From the NCBI RefSeq assembly GCF_009914755.1, contig NC_060947.1: a DNA stretch of 64,000 nucleotides; one strand, given 5' to 3'. This document shows positions 32,712-45,000 of this stretch, in pieces. The position numbers were made by a program, and so were the translations under genes. Position 1 is the first letter of the stretch; each line of letters starts with the position of its first letter. The notes beneath the pieces are model-generated. The model had not been told where the DNA came from, searched no databases, and saw only the letters and a list, made by a program, of their open reading frames with translations. Source of the stretch: the human T2T-CHM13v2.0 reference genome, Homo sapiens.

Positions 32712-33126
32712 TGTATCAGTCTGATTTGCAATATAATAAAAGAATACCAGAGTCTGGGTAACACAGAGAAAAGAGGTTCATTTGGCTCATGGTTTTGCAG
32801 ACTGTACAAAAAGCACTGCATCAGCATCTGATTCTGGTAAGGGCCTCAGGAAGTTTTTACTCATAGCGGAAGACAAAGGGAGCCAGTGTGTCACACAGCA
32901 ATATAAAGAGCAAGAGAGAGGCAAAGAGGTTCCAGTTTTTTAAAACAACCAGTTCTTTCAGGAATTAATAGAGCAAGAACTCACTCATTACCATGAGGAA
33001 GTCACTAAGCCCTTCATAAGGCATGCAACTCCATAACCCAAACACCTTCCACTAAACCCCACTTCTAACCTTGGGGATCACATTTCAACATGAGATTTGG
33101 GGGAGAAAAATATCCAGACTATATTA
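32712..33126 (-). mobile_element. MSTB-like solo LTR
   Basis: TSD ACACC on both sides. Confidence 0.88.
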
Positions 33127-33432
33127 ACACCTAATAATCCTTCAGTCTATTTTAAATTCTTTTAAAATTCTTCCCTATAGCCCTTTTATTGGAATATCTA
33201 CATAAGTATTTGCACAGCACCAAACTATGATTTTTTTGGTCAAACCTAAAACTCAAGTATATTTGTATATCTTTAAAAAACCTTCATTTGGAAACATAAG
33301 GAGACATTTACCTTGTTCCATATGTCACATTTTTATTTTTTTAAATTATTTGTTCTCCTGTCCAACCTGAGTACCTTAACATATAAAAGCTTGCCACCTG
33401 CCAGATGACAGGGCAATTTCACATTTAGACCC

Positions 33433-33790
33433 TGTATTAGTCCGTTTTCATGTTGCTGATAAAGACATACCCAAGAATGGGCAATTTACAAAAGAAAGAT
33501 ATTTAATGGACTTACAGTTCCATGCAGCTGGGAAGCCTCACAACCATGGCAGAAGGCAAGAAGCAAGTCACATCTTACATGGATGGCAACAGGCAAAGAA
33601 AAAGAGCTTGTGCAGGGAAACTCCCCCTTATGATACCATTAGATCTCATAAGACCCACCCACCACCGTGAGAACACCATGGGAAAGACCTGCCCCTATGA
33701 TCCAGTTACCTCCCACCAGGTCCCTCCCACAACAGGTGGGAACGGGAATTGAAGATGAGATTTGAGTGGCAACACAGCTAAACCATATCA
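33433..33790 (-). mobile_element. THE1 (THE1B-like) solo LTR
   Basis: tgtattagtccgttttcatg...aaaccatatca. Confidence 0.92.
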
Positions 33791-34421
33791 GTCCTCCTAT
33801 CCAAAGAATTAATTCAGAATTAAAATATCAAAGGCATCTGTAGGGCATTCTGGTAGCATGAAGATCTAGAAAGAATGTTTGTGAGGTCCCAATAGAAAAC
33901 TAGCTTCTTTCAGGTCCACCTTTATTAAATAATGCAAACTATATGGCTATTTAAATATTTAGTATTATAAAATTTCCATAGCATTTTGACAAGTTTTAAT
34001 TTGTGCCTGATATTTGATACATTTACACTTAACAAATGTTTATTGAATTAATTCAAATATATTTATTCAACCTCCTTTATTTGACAAGTATTGTATTATA
34101 CTATGCTGAAATACTGGAGTGAACATGATAATAGCAACTGAACAAAACCAACTGGTTTGTAAGTAGTCAGTTTTGTGAACTGTACACACACATACACAGA
34201 AGTTTTTATATACTGATTGTCTAAGTTTTAAACTACTTACATTGATAATGTCAATTAAAATTCTTTCATGGTTTTTACATTTTATCATTTTGCTTTGAAT
34301 GAAATTACTTGTGGAGGTAACTAAACATGCAAACTAACTATTCTTCTACTTAAAACATGGCTATGGAATAGTTCAGATTCCTGGTAGAATTCTCAATTTA
34401 CAAATACTATTGCTCTGGTAT

Positions 34422-36676
34422 TGTATTAGTCCATTCTCATGTTGTTAATAAAGACATACCTGAGATTGGGTAATTTATATAAAAAAAGAGGTTTAATGGA
34501 CTCACAGTTTCACATGGTTGGGAAGGTCTCATGGCGGAAATGAAGGATAAACAAAGGTATGTCTTACATGGTGGCAGGAAAGTGAGTGTGTGTAGGGGAA
34601 CTCCCTTTTACAAAATTATCAGATCTCATAAGACTTATATACTATCACGAGAACAGTATGGGAAAAACCCACTTCCATGATTCAATTACCTTTCACCAGG
34701 TCCCTCCCATGACAGGTGGAGATTATTATAATTCAAGGTGGGATTTGGGTGGTGACACAGAGCCAAACTATATTATTCTGCCCCTAGCCCCTCCCAAATC
34801 CCATGTCCTCATATTTTAAAATTAATCATGTCTTCTCACCTGTCTCCCAAAGTGCTAATTCATTTCAGTATTAATTCAAAATCTATACTTCAAGGTCTCA
34901 CTTGAGACTAGGCAAGTCTCTTCCATCGATGAGTCTATAAAGTTAAAAGTAAGTTAGTTACTTCCTAGATACAATGAGGGTACAGGCATTAGATAAATAT
35001 AGCCATTCCAAATGGGAGAATTGGCCAAAGCAAAGAGGTCACAGGCCCGATGTAAGTCTGAAATCTAATAGGGCAGTCGTTAAACCTTAAAGTTTTAAAA
35101 TGATCTCTTTGATTCCATGTCTCACATCCAGGTCACATTGATATAAGAGCTGTGCTTCCATGGCCTTGGGCAGTTCTGCTCCTGTGGCATTGTAGGGTAC
35201 AGTCTTCCTCTCAGTTTTTTTTCATGGGCTGGCATTGAGTGTCTGTAGGTTTTATAGGCATATGGCATAAGTTTTTGGTGGGTCTATCATTCTGGTGTCT
35301 GGATGACAGTGGCCATCTTCTCACAGTTTCATTAGGCAGTGTTCTAGTGGGGATTCTGTTTGGGGGCTCCAAACCCACATTTCTCTTCCGTACTTTCCTA
35401 GTAGAGGTTTTCCGTGAAAGCTTCATCCCTGTAGTAAACTTTTGTCTGAATATCTAGGTGTTAGGTGTTTCTTTATATCCTCTGAAATCTAGGCTGAGGA
35501 TCCCAAAACTCAATTTTTGACTTCTGTGCACCCACAGGCTTGACACCCTATGGAAGTTGTCAAGGCTTGGGGCTGGTACCATCTGAAGCCATGGCCTGAG
35601 CTGTACCTTGGCCCCTTTTAGTCTAGGCTGGAGTGGCTGGGATGTAGAGTATCAAGTCCCTAGGCTGTACACAGCAGGAGGGCCCTGGGCCCAGCCCATG
35701 AATTATTTTTTCCTTCTAGGCCTCTGGGGCCTGTGATGGGAGGTGCTGTCTTGAAGGTCTCTGACATATCCTGGAGACACTTTTTCTATTGTCCTTGTGA
35801 GTAATATTTGGCTCTTAGTTACTTATGTAAATTTCTGCAGTAGGCTTGAATTTCTCTCCAGAAAATGGGATTTTCTTTTTTTATTGTATCATCAGGCTGT
35901 AAATTTTCTAAACTTTTATGTTCTGTTTCCTCTCAAATGTTTTGCTGTTTAAAAATTTCTTCTGTTAGATACCCTAAATCATCTCTCTCAAGTTCAAAGT
36001 TCCACAGACCTCTAGGGCAGGGGCACAATGTTGTCAGTCTCTTTGTTAAAGTACAACAAGAGTCACCTTTGTTCTAGTTCCCAATAAGTTATTCATCTTC
36101 ATCTGAGACCACCTAAGCTTGGACTTTATTGTCCATATCATTATTAGTATTTTGGTCAAAGCCATTCAACATATCTTTAGGAAGTTTTAAACTTTCCCAC
36201 TATTTTGTCTTCTTTTCAGCCCTCTAAACTCTTTCAACCACTGCCTGTTACCCAAAGTCATTTTTATATTTTTGGGTATCTTTATAGTAGTACCCCACTC
36301 CTGGTACCAATTTGCTATATTAGTCCATACTTATGTTGTTGATAAAGACATACCAGAGACTGGGTAATTTGTAAAGAAAAAGAGGTTTAGTGGACTCACA
36401 GTTTCACATAGTTGGGGAGGCCTCATAATCATGGTGGAAAGTGAAGGATGAGCAAAGCCATGTCTTACATGGCAGCAGGCAAGAGTGCATATGTAGGAGA
36501 ACCCTCCTTTATAAAACCATCAGATCTTGTTAGACTTATTCACTATCACGAAAATGGTATGAGAAAAACCTGCCTTCATGATTCAATTACCTCCCGCTGG
36601 GTCCCCTCCATGACACATGGGGATTATTATACTTCAAGGTGAGATTTGGGTGGGGACACAGAGCCAAACAATATCA
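34422..36676 (-). mobile_element. Full-length THE1 (THE1C/D-like): LTR 34422-34775, internal region, LTR 36316-36676; hypermutated
   Basis: Two LTRs; internal region colinear with MST-int at 10625-13283; MaLR ORF remnant (NVGLEPPNRIPT). Confidence 0.95.
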
Positions 36677-37712
36677 AGTGTCAAGCAGTGAAGGTCCAGA
36701 ATTCTTGCGCTGTGCAGATGATAGACCTGTATTATTCTGTATGCAGTCTCAACATCTCTGATGCATACCCCTCACTCATTTGTTGAATAGATTGAAAATA
36801 GACTAGTTGAGCTCTGCAGGCAGTGATACAAACCTGCCTTCCACCTTTAATCACATTCAACTTCATTTAGATTACAACAGGAAAAAGATGATTTGTTTCT
36901 TTGTATATAAGATTTAAAATGTGAGCATTGGTTCCATACTATCAAATCTTGGTGCTCATCATAGAAGAACACCCTAGAATTCTCTCAAAATAAATTACTT
37001 TTTCTCAGTGCTTCAAATAATAGATTTCGTTTATACTGTGTTGGTTAACTAAAAAAAAATGTCTAAAAGTCACTCATTTAATTTATGCCATATTACAATT
37101 AATAACATTTAATGCTCAGGAAATGTAACCTAAAGTTCTAAAATTAACTCATTAATAATTAAATTCTAAAAATTGCTAGTATCTCAATTTACCTATGTGC
37201 CTCAAACAAAGAGGAAAGAAAAGGGATCTTAATTGAAAACAGATCCCTGGCTTTGCTGCTGAGGGTACGGACAAAAGCAGAATATTCTGGGACTTAGTTG
37301 TAATTTTCACTAGTCAAAAAATGTAACAAAATCTATTTCTGAACCTCATTATGGCAAGCACTCTTTGGGCTATTGACAGCTTTATAATTCCCACACTTGA
37401 ATTAGAAAATGGTTTAAAGGCAGAAATAAAGTTGGTTTTAATTTTAATACAGTGTTTTTTCTATGCTAAGAAAGATACATGGATTTGATTTATTTTTTAT
37501 GAGAATTCTGAAACCTATAAATTATACCACAGAGAGGGAAGGGTAATTTGCTTATTCAGGAATCATGAGAGCGAACCAAACGAACCAAAATAAAGTAAGG
37601 GAAGATTTTATCAAAAACCGACTCCAAGCTATCTTATTGACATGTAACAAGAGAAAATTAGCAAGAGAAAACGAGAAGATTAATGTATGGAGTTAGGTTT
37701 TTCATACACAAA

Positions 37713-37857
37713 ATTGGCATGGATATGGCAAAAAGGGAACACATCTATGCTACTGATGAGAATGTAAACTAGTACAACCACTATGGAAAACAGTGTGTAG
37801 ATTCCTGAAAGAACTAAAATTAGATATACTGTTTGATCCAGCAATCCTACTCCTGGG
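37713..37857 (+). mobile_element. Short L1PB-type ORF2 fragment
   Basis: gaatgtaaactagtacaaccactatggaaaacagtgtg. Confidence 0.8.
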
Positions 37858-38504
37858 ATTTCTCAGACTTGGTTAATACTAAGACACATGACCAACTGAA
37901 TACAAATAAACAGGCTCCATTCAATGCTTAAATATTAAGATAACTTTCTAACTTTGCAGATTATTAAAATTAATCTGAGCACTTTGATCTCTATAACATG
38001 AATATACAAGTTCCAAAAGTGAGTAAAGAAGTCAAGGATTGAGTAAAGTTTGTTTGTGAAAGACTTGAAGTCTGATTGTCTTGGCACTTGTCTGTGTCAC
38101 TGAAGGTTCCCGGTTAATTGCTCCATGTATTTTATATAATATCAAAGCAAAATAATAGTTTTTCTATGGCATCTTGTTTTACCTGTATGGCAGCTACCTT
38201 CCTTAGAGTTATTATATCATGGAATAGTATCCTAACATCTTCTTTTCATGTAGCTGAAAAAGTTGTTCATGCATGAATATTTTTAACAATCTCTGAACTA
38301 GCAAAAATAAAATGGAAACCTGACCGGTAAACAAACAACTGTTGCTTATGCCTATGGTTTGCATTTTCTCAAAAACTCCAACTTATTTAGTTCTCGTCAG
38401 ATTTTTCCATCGATTTCCAATTCTCTCTAAATCTGTGGGAATCCCATATCTCTATTACCACATCACCATCTGAGTAATGCCCCAGAGTAAAAGTACAGCC
38501 TTTT

Positions 38505-41500
38505 TAAAAAAGTTTTTTATTTCTGTAGGTTTTTGGGAAACAGGCAGTATTTGGTTACATGAGTAAGTTCTTTAGTGGTGATTTGTGTGATTTTGATGTA
38601 CCCATCACCTGAGCAGTATAAACTAAATCCAATTTGTAGTCTTTTCTCCCTCATTGCCCTCCCTTCCTTTCCCCCATTCTCCAAAGTCTATTGTGTCATT
38701 CTTATGCCTTTGCATCCTCATAGCTTAGCTCCCACTTATGAAGGAGCACATGCGATGTTTGGTTTTCCATTCCTGAGTTACTTCACTTAGAATAATAGTC
38801 TCCAGTTTAATCCAGGTTGCTGCAAATGCCATTCATTCATTCCTTTTTATGGCTGAGTAGTATTCCATTATGTATATATCATATATATATATCTTGTATA
38901 TATCATATATATATATCTTATATATATCATATATATATTATATATAATATATATCTTATATATATCATATATATCTTATATATAGCATATATATCTTATA
39001 GATATATCATAGATATATATATCATATATATCTTATAGATATATCATAGATATATCTTATATATATCATATATATCATATATATCATATATATCATATAT
39101 ATCTTATATATATCTTATATATCATATATATCTTATATATATCATATATATCATATATATCATATATATCATATATATGATATATATATCTTATATATAT
39201 ATCTTATATATCATATATATATCATATATATCTTATATATATCATATATATCTTATATATATCATATATATATCTTATATATATCATATATATTTTTCTT
39301 ATATATATATATTCTTTATCCACTCATTGATTGATGGGCATTTGGGCTGGTTCCATATTTTTGCAATTGCGAATTGTGCTGCTATAAACATGCATGTGCA
39401 AGCATCTTTTTTGTATAATGACTTCTTTTCCTCTGGGTAGATATCCAGTAGCAGGATTGCTGAATCAAACAGTAGATCTACTTTTAGTTTTTTCTGGAAT
39501 CTACACACCATTTTCCATAGTAGTTAACTAGTTTACATTCTCACCAGCAGTGTAGATGTGTTATCTATTCACCATATCCATGCCAACATCTATTTTTATT
39601 ACTTTTACTTTTTTGATTCTGGCCATTCTTGCAAGAGTAATGTGGTATTGCACTGTGATTTTGATTTGCATTTCCCTGATCATTAGTGATGTTGTTGTCT
39701 ATTCATGTCCTTAGCCCGCTTTTTGATGGGATTTTTTTTCTTGCTAATCTGTTTGAGTTCCTAGTAGATTCTGGTTATTAGTCCTTTGTCAGATGTATAG
39801 ATTGTGAATATTTCCTCCCATGCTGTGGGTTGTCTGTTTACTCTCCTGAGTTTTCCTTTTGTTCTGTGGAAGCTCTTTAGTTTAATTAAGTCCCAGCAAT
39901 TTATCATTTTTTTTTGTCATTTGCTTTTGGTTCTTGGTCATAAAGTCTTTGCCTAAGCCAATGTCTGGAAGGGTTTTTCCAATGTTATCTTCTAGAATTT
40001 TTATACTTTCAGGCCTTAGATTTAAGTCCCTGATCCATCTTGAGTTGATTTTCATATATGGTGAGAGATTAGAATCTAGTTTTATTCTCCTACATGTGGC
40101 TTGCCAATTATCCCAGCACCATTTGTTGAATAGGGTGTCCTTTCCCCACTTTATGCTTTTGTTTGCTTTGTCAAAATCAGTTGGCCATAAGTATTTGGGT
40201 TTATTTCTGGGTTCTCTATTCTGTTTCTTTGATCTATATGCCCATTTTTATACAAGTACCATGCTGTTTTGGTGACTATGGCCCTATAGTATAGTTTGAA
40301 ATCAGGTAATGTGATGCCTCCAGATTTGTTCTTTTTTCTTAGTCTGGATTTTCCTATGCAGGCTCTTTTTTGGTTCCATGTGAGTTTTAGGATTGTTTTT
40401 CCTAGTTATGTGAAGAATGATGGTGGTATTTTGATAGGAATTGTATTGAATTTGTAGATTGCTTTTGGCAGTACGGTCATTTTCACAATACCGATTCTAC
40501 CAATTCATGAGCATGGAATGTGTTTCCTTTTGTTTGTGTCATCTATAATTTCTGTCAACAGTGTTTTGTAGTATTCCTTGTAGAGGTCTTTCACCTCCTT
40601 GGTTAGGTATATTCCTATGTATTTTTTTAACCTATTGTAAAATGGGTTGAGATATTGATTTGATTCTCAGCTTGGTCACTGTTGGTGTATAGCAGAGCTA
40701 CTAATTTTTGTACATTAATTTTGTATCCAGAAACATTGCTGAATTCATTAATCAGTTCTAGGAGCTTTTTGGAGGAGTCTTTAAGGTTTTCTAGGTATAC
40801 AGTCATATCATCAGCAAACAGCTACAGTTTGATTTCCTCTTTACTAATTTGGATGCCCTTTATTTCTGTCTCTTGACTGATTGCTTTGGCTAGGACCTCT
40901 GATACTATGTTGAATAAAAGTGGTCAGAGTGAGCATCCTTGTCTTGTTCTGGTTCTCAGAGGGAATGATTTCAACTTCTCCCCATTCAGTATTATGTTGG
41001 CTGTGGGTTTGTCATAGATAGCTTTAATTGCATTGAAGTATGTCCATTTATGCCAATTTTGTTGATGGTTTTAATTATAAAAGGATGCTGGATTTTGTTA
41101 AATGCTTTTTCTGTATCAATTGAGATAATCATGTGATTTCTGTTTTTAATTCTGTTTTGGGGTGTATAACATTTATTGACTTGCAAATGTTAAACTATTC
41201 CTGCATCCCTGCTATGAAACCCTCTTAATCATGGACTATCTTTTTGATATGTTGTTAGATTTGGTTAACTAGTATTTTGTTAAGGATTATTGCATCTGTG
41301 TTTATCAGGGATATTTGTGTGTAGGGTTTTTTTTTTTAATGTTATTTCCTTGTTTTGTTTTTAGCGTGATAGTGGCTTCATAGAGTAATTTACAGAGGAT
41401 TCACCCTCTCTATATATTTTGAAATAGTGTCAATAGGATTGGTATCAATTCTTCTTTCAATGTCTCATAGAATTTAGCTGTGAATCTGTCTGGTCCTTCA

Positions 41501-44338
41501 CATTTTTTGTTGTTGGTCATTTTTTATTACCATTTCAATCTCGTTCCTTATTCTTGATCTGTTCAGGGTTTGTAATTCTTCCTGGTTTAAGCTAGGAAGG
41601 TTGTATTTTTCCAGGAATTTATTCATCTCCTCTAGGTTTTCTAGTTTTTGAATGTAAAAGTGCTTATAGTAGCCTTGAATGATCTTTTGTATTTCTGTGG
41701 TGTCACTTGTAATATCTCTTGTTTTGTTTCTACTTGAGTTTATTTGGATCTTCTCTCTTTTCTTGGTTAATCTTTCTAATAGTCTATGAACTTTATTTCT
41801 TTTCAAAAAACCAGCTTTTTGTTTCATTTATCTTTTGTATTTTTTGTTTCATTTCACTTAGTTCTGCTCTCATCTTTGTTATTTGTTTTCTTCTGCTGGA
41901 TTTTGGTTTGGTTTGATTTGTTTTTTCTCTAGTTCCTTAAGGTGTGACCTTAGATTGACTATTTTTGCTCTTTCAGACTGTTTAATGTAGGCATTTAAGG
42001 ATATAAACTTTCCTCTTATGACTGCCTTTGCTGTACCCCAGAAGTTTTGATAGGTTGTGTCAAAATTATCATTTAGTTCAAAGAATTTTTTTAATTTCCA
42101 TATGGACTTCATTGTTGATCCAATGATCACTCAGGGGCAGGTTATTTAATTTCCATGTATTTGCGTGGTTTTGAAGGTTCCTTTTGGAGTTTATTTCCAA
42201 TTTTATTCCACTGTGGTCTGAGAAAGTACTTGATATAATTTCCGTTTTCTTAAATTTATTGAGACTTGTTTTGTGGCCTATCATATGGTCTATTTTGGAG
42301 AAAGTTCCATGCGCTGAAGAATAGAATGTATATTCTGTGGTTGTTGGGTAGAATGTTTTGTAAATATCTCTTAAGTCCATTTGTTCTAGGGTATAGCTTA
42401 AATCCATTGTGTCTTTGTTGACTTCAACCAGCACAAACCTAGTGCATTAAACAACTACAACTAAGGACCCTCACTGAGTCCATTTCACTCCCCTGCCACC
42501 TCCACCAGAGCAGGTGCTGGTATCCATGGTTGAGAGACCTGAAGACAGCTCACATCACGGGGCTCTCTGAAGACATCCCCCAATACCAGCCTGGAGCCTT
42601 ATAGCCCTGCTGGGTGGCTAAATCCAGAAGAGAAATAACAATCACTACAGTTCAGCTATTCAGGAAGCCACATCACTAGGAAAAATATTAGATCAAGGGA
42701 CGACCCCGTGGAACAAAATAATCTGAAAAGCAGCCTTGAGCCCCAGATTTTCCCTCTGACGTAGCCTACCCAAATGAGAAGGAACCAGAAAAACAATTCT
42801 GGTCATATGATAAAACAAAATTTTGTAACACCCCTAAGAAATCACACTAGCTCACCAGCAAAGGATCCAAACCAAGAAGAAATCCCTGAATTCCCTGAAA
42901 AAGAATTCAGAAGGTCAATTATTAAGCTAATCAAGGAAGCACCAGAAAAAGGTGAAGTCCAACTTAAAGAAATAAAAAAAAATGATAAAAGATATGAGGG
43001 GAGAAATATTCAGTGAAATAGATGGCATAAATTAAAAAAATCACAACTTTAGAAACTAAAGGACACACTCAGAGAAGTGCACAATGTATTGGAGAGTCTC
43101 ATCAACAGAATCAAGCAGAAGAAAGAACTTCAGAGCTCAAAGGCAAGGGTTTTGAATTAATGCAGTCCAAGAAAAACAAAGAAAAAATAATTTTAAAAAG
43201 GATAAAATCCTCCTAGAAGTTTGGGATTATGTAAAATGACAAAACCTAAGAATAATTGGTGTTCCTGAGGAAGAAAAGAAATCTAAAAGTCTGAAAAATA
43301 TATTTGGGAGAACAATTGAGGAAAACTTCCCCACCCTTGCTAGAGACCTTGTCATCCAAATACAAGAAGCTCAAAGAACACTTGGGAAATTCATTACAAA
43401 AAGATCATCACGTGGGTACACTGTCATCAGGTTATCTAAAGTCACGACAAAGGAAAGACTCTTAAGAGCTGTGAGGCAAAAGCACCAGGTACCCTATAAA
43501 GGAAAACCTATCAGATTAACAGCAGATTTCTCAGCAGAAACCCTACAAGCTAGAAGGGATTGGGGCCATATTTTCAGCCTCCTTAAACAAAACAATTATG
43601 TGCTGGGAATTTTTTATCCAGTTAAACTAATCTTCATAAATGAAGGAAATGTACAGTGTTTTTCAGACAAACAAATGCTGAGAGAATTTGTCACTACCAA
43701 GCCAGCACTAAGATAACTGCTAAAAGGAGCTCTAAATCTTGAAACAAATCCTGGAAGCATATTGAAACAGAACATCTTTATAGCATAAATCTCTCAGGAC
43801 CTGTAAAACAAAAATACAACCATCCCCCTGCAAAAACAAACAAATAAACCAAACCAAACCAAAACAAAAACAAAACAGGCATTCAGGCAACAAATAGCAC
43901 AATGAATGAAATATTACCTCACATCTAAATACTAACATTGACTGTAAATGGTTTAAATGCTCCACTTAAAAAGTACAGAATTGCACAATGGATAAGAATT
44001 TACCAACCAAGTATCTGCTGCCTTCAAGGGACTCACCTAACACATAAGGACTCACATAAACTTAGGTATAGGGATGGAGAAAGACATTCCATGCAAATGG
44101 ACACCAAAAGCAAGCAGGAGTAGCTATTCTTATATCAGACAAAACAAACTTTAAAGCAACAGCAGTTAAAAAAGACAGAGGGACATTATATAATGATGAA
44201 AGCCTTGTTCAACAGGAGAGTATCAGAATCCTAAATATATATGCACCTAACACTGGAGCTCCCAAATTTATAAAAACAATTACTACTAGACCTAGGAAAT
44301 GAGATAGACAGCAACACAATAATAGTGGAGGACTTCAA
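38505..44338 (-). mobile_element. L1PB1-like element with a 1.9-kb 5' inversion (minus 38505-42424, plus 42425-44338)
   Basis: L1PB 3' UTR; minus-strand ORF2; plus segment holds part of the 5' UTR, ORF1 (42774-43788, MRRNQKNNSG) and the ORF2 start (43902). Confidence 0.93.
38871..39311. repeat. (TATATATC/TATATCT)n AT-rich microsatellite expansion
   Basis: Seen directly, inside the L1PB. Confidence 0.95.
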
Positions 44339-44525
44339 ATATTACCTTTTAAAGGCTACTGTTCAAACAGCCTATTACTTGTATTACTTGCAATTATCCT
44401 GGGTTTTGATACAAAGTGAGACATTGGAGGAAGCAAGCTTTTCTTACTAGTGTGAACTAATTTATCATATTTGCTAATTGTCATCTTGATGCCCAGGAAG
44501 ATATAGATATCCCACTCCCCATAGA

Positions 44526-45000
44526 TGTAGAGAAAGCTGTTGGTTGTCCAACCAAATATCTTTCCCCCTTCTTTCATAGCAATAGAGTTAATCTTGCTGT
44601 GCAAGTAAAGGCTACATCACACAGATTTCCTTGTAACTAGGTGTGGCCCTATAACTGAGTTATCAGCAATACAATGTGTACAAAGTGGTAAGCACAACAT
44701 TGACCTTATTTTTTGAAAGAATATTATTTGTTCCAGGCTTTTTTTCTCATAAACTAGAACACAGATATGCTCATAACCTAGCCTTGACTACACAGACTAG
44801 TGTAATGCCTTAGAGAATGGTGCTGCAAAAAAGGGAAATGAACATAGATCTTTTAATGACCATATGAGTAGAACCATTTAGTTAATTTAAACTGCTTACT
44901 TCATGAACTGTATGTAAGGGTGACCCAAATGTCTATTACCTTTAAAGCGCTGTCTTTTTGGATTCTTTGTTATATCAGTTTAGTCTTTACCCTAAATACA
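44526..45000 (+). mobile_element. MLT1J/K-like MaLR LTR
   Basis: ccttgtaactaggtgtggcc...tttaaagcgctg...tttgttata. Confidence 0.6.

Noticed and set aside
38817-39440. Ile/Tyr-rich ORFs
   Set aside because: Translation of a TA-rich microsatellite inside an L1.
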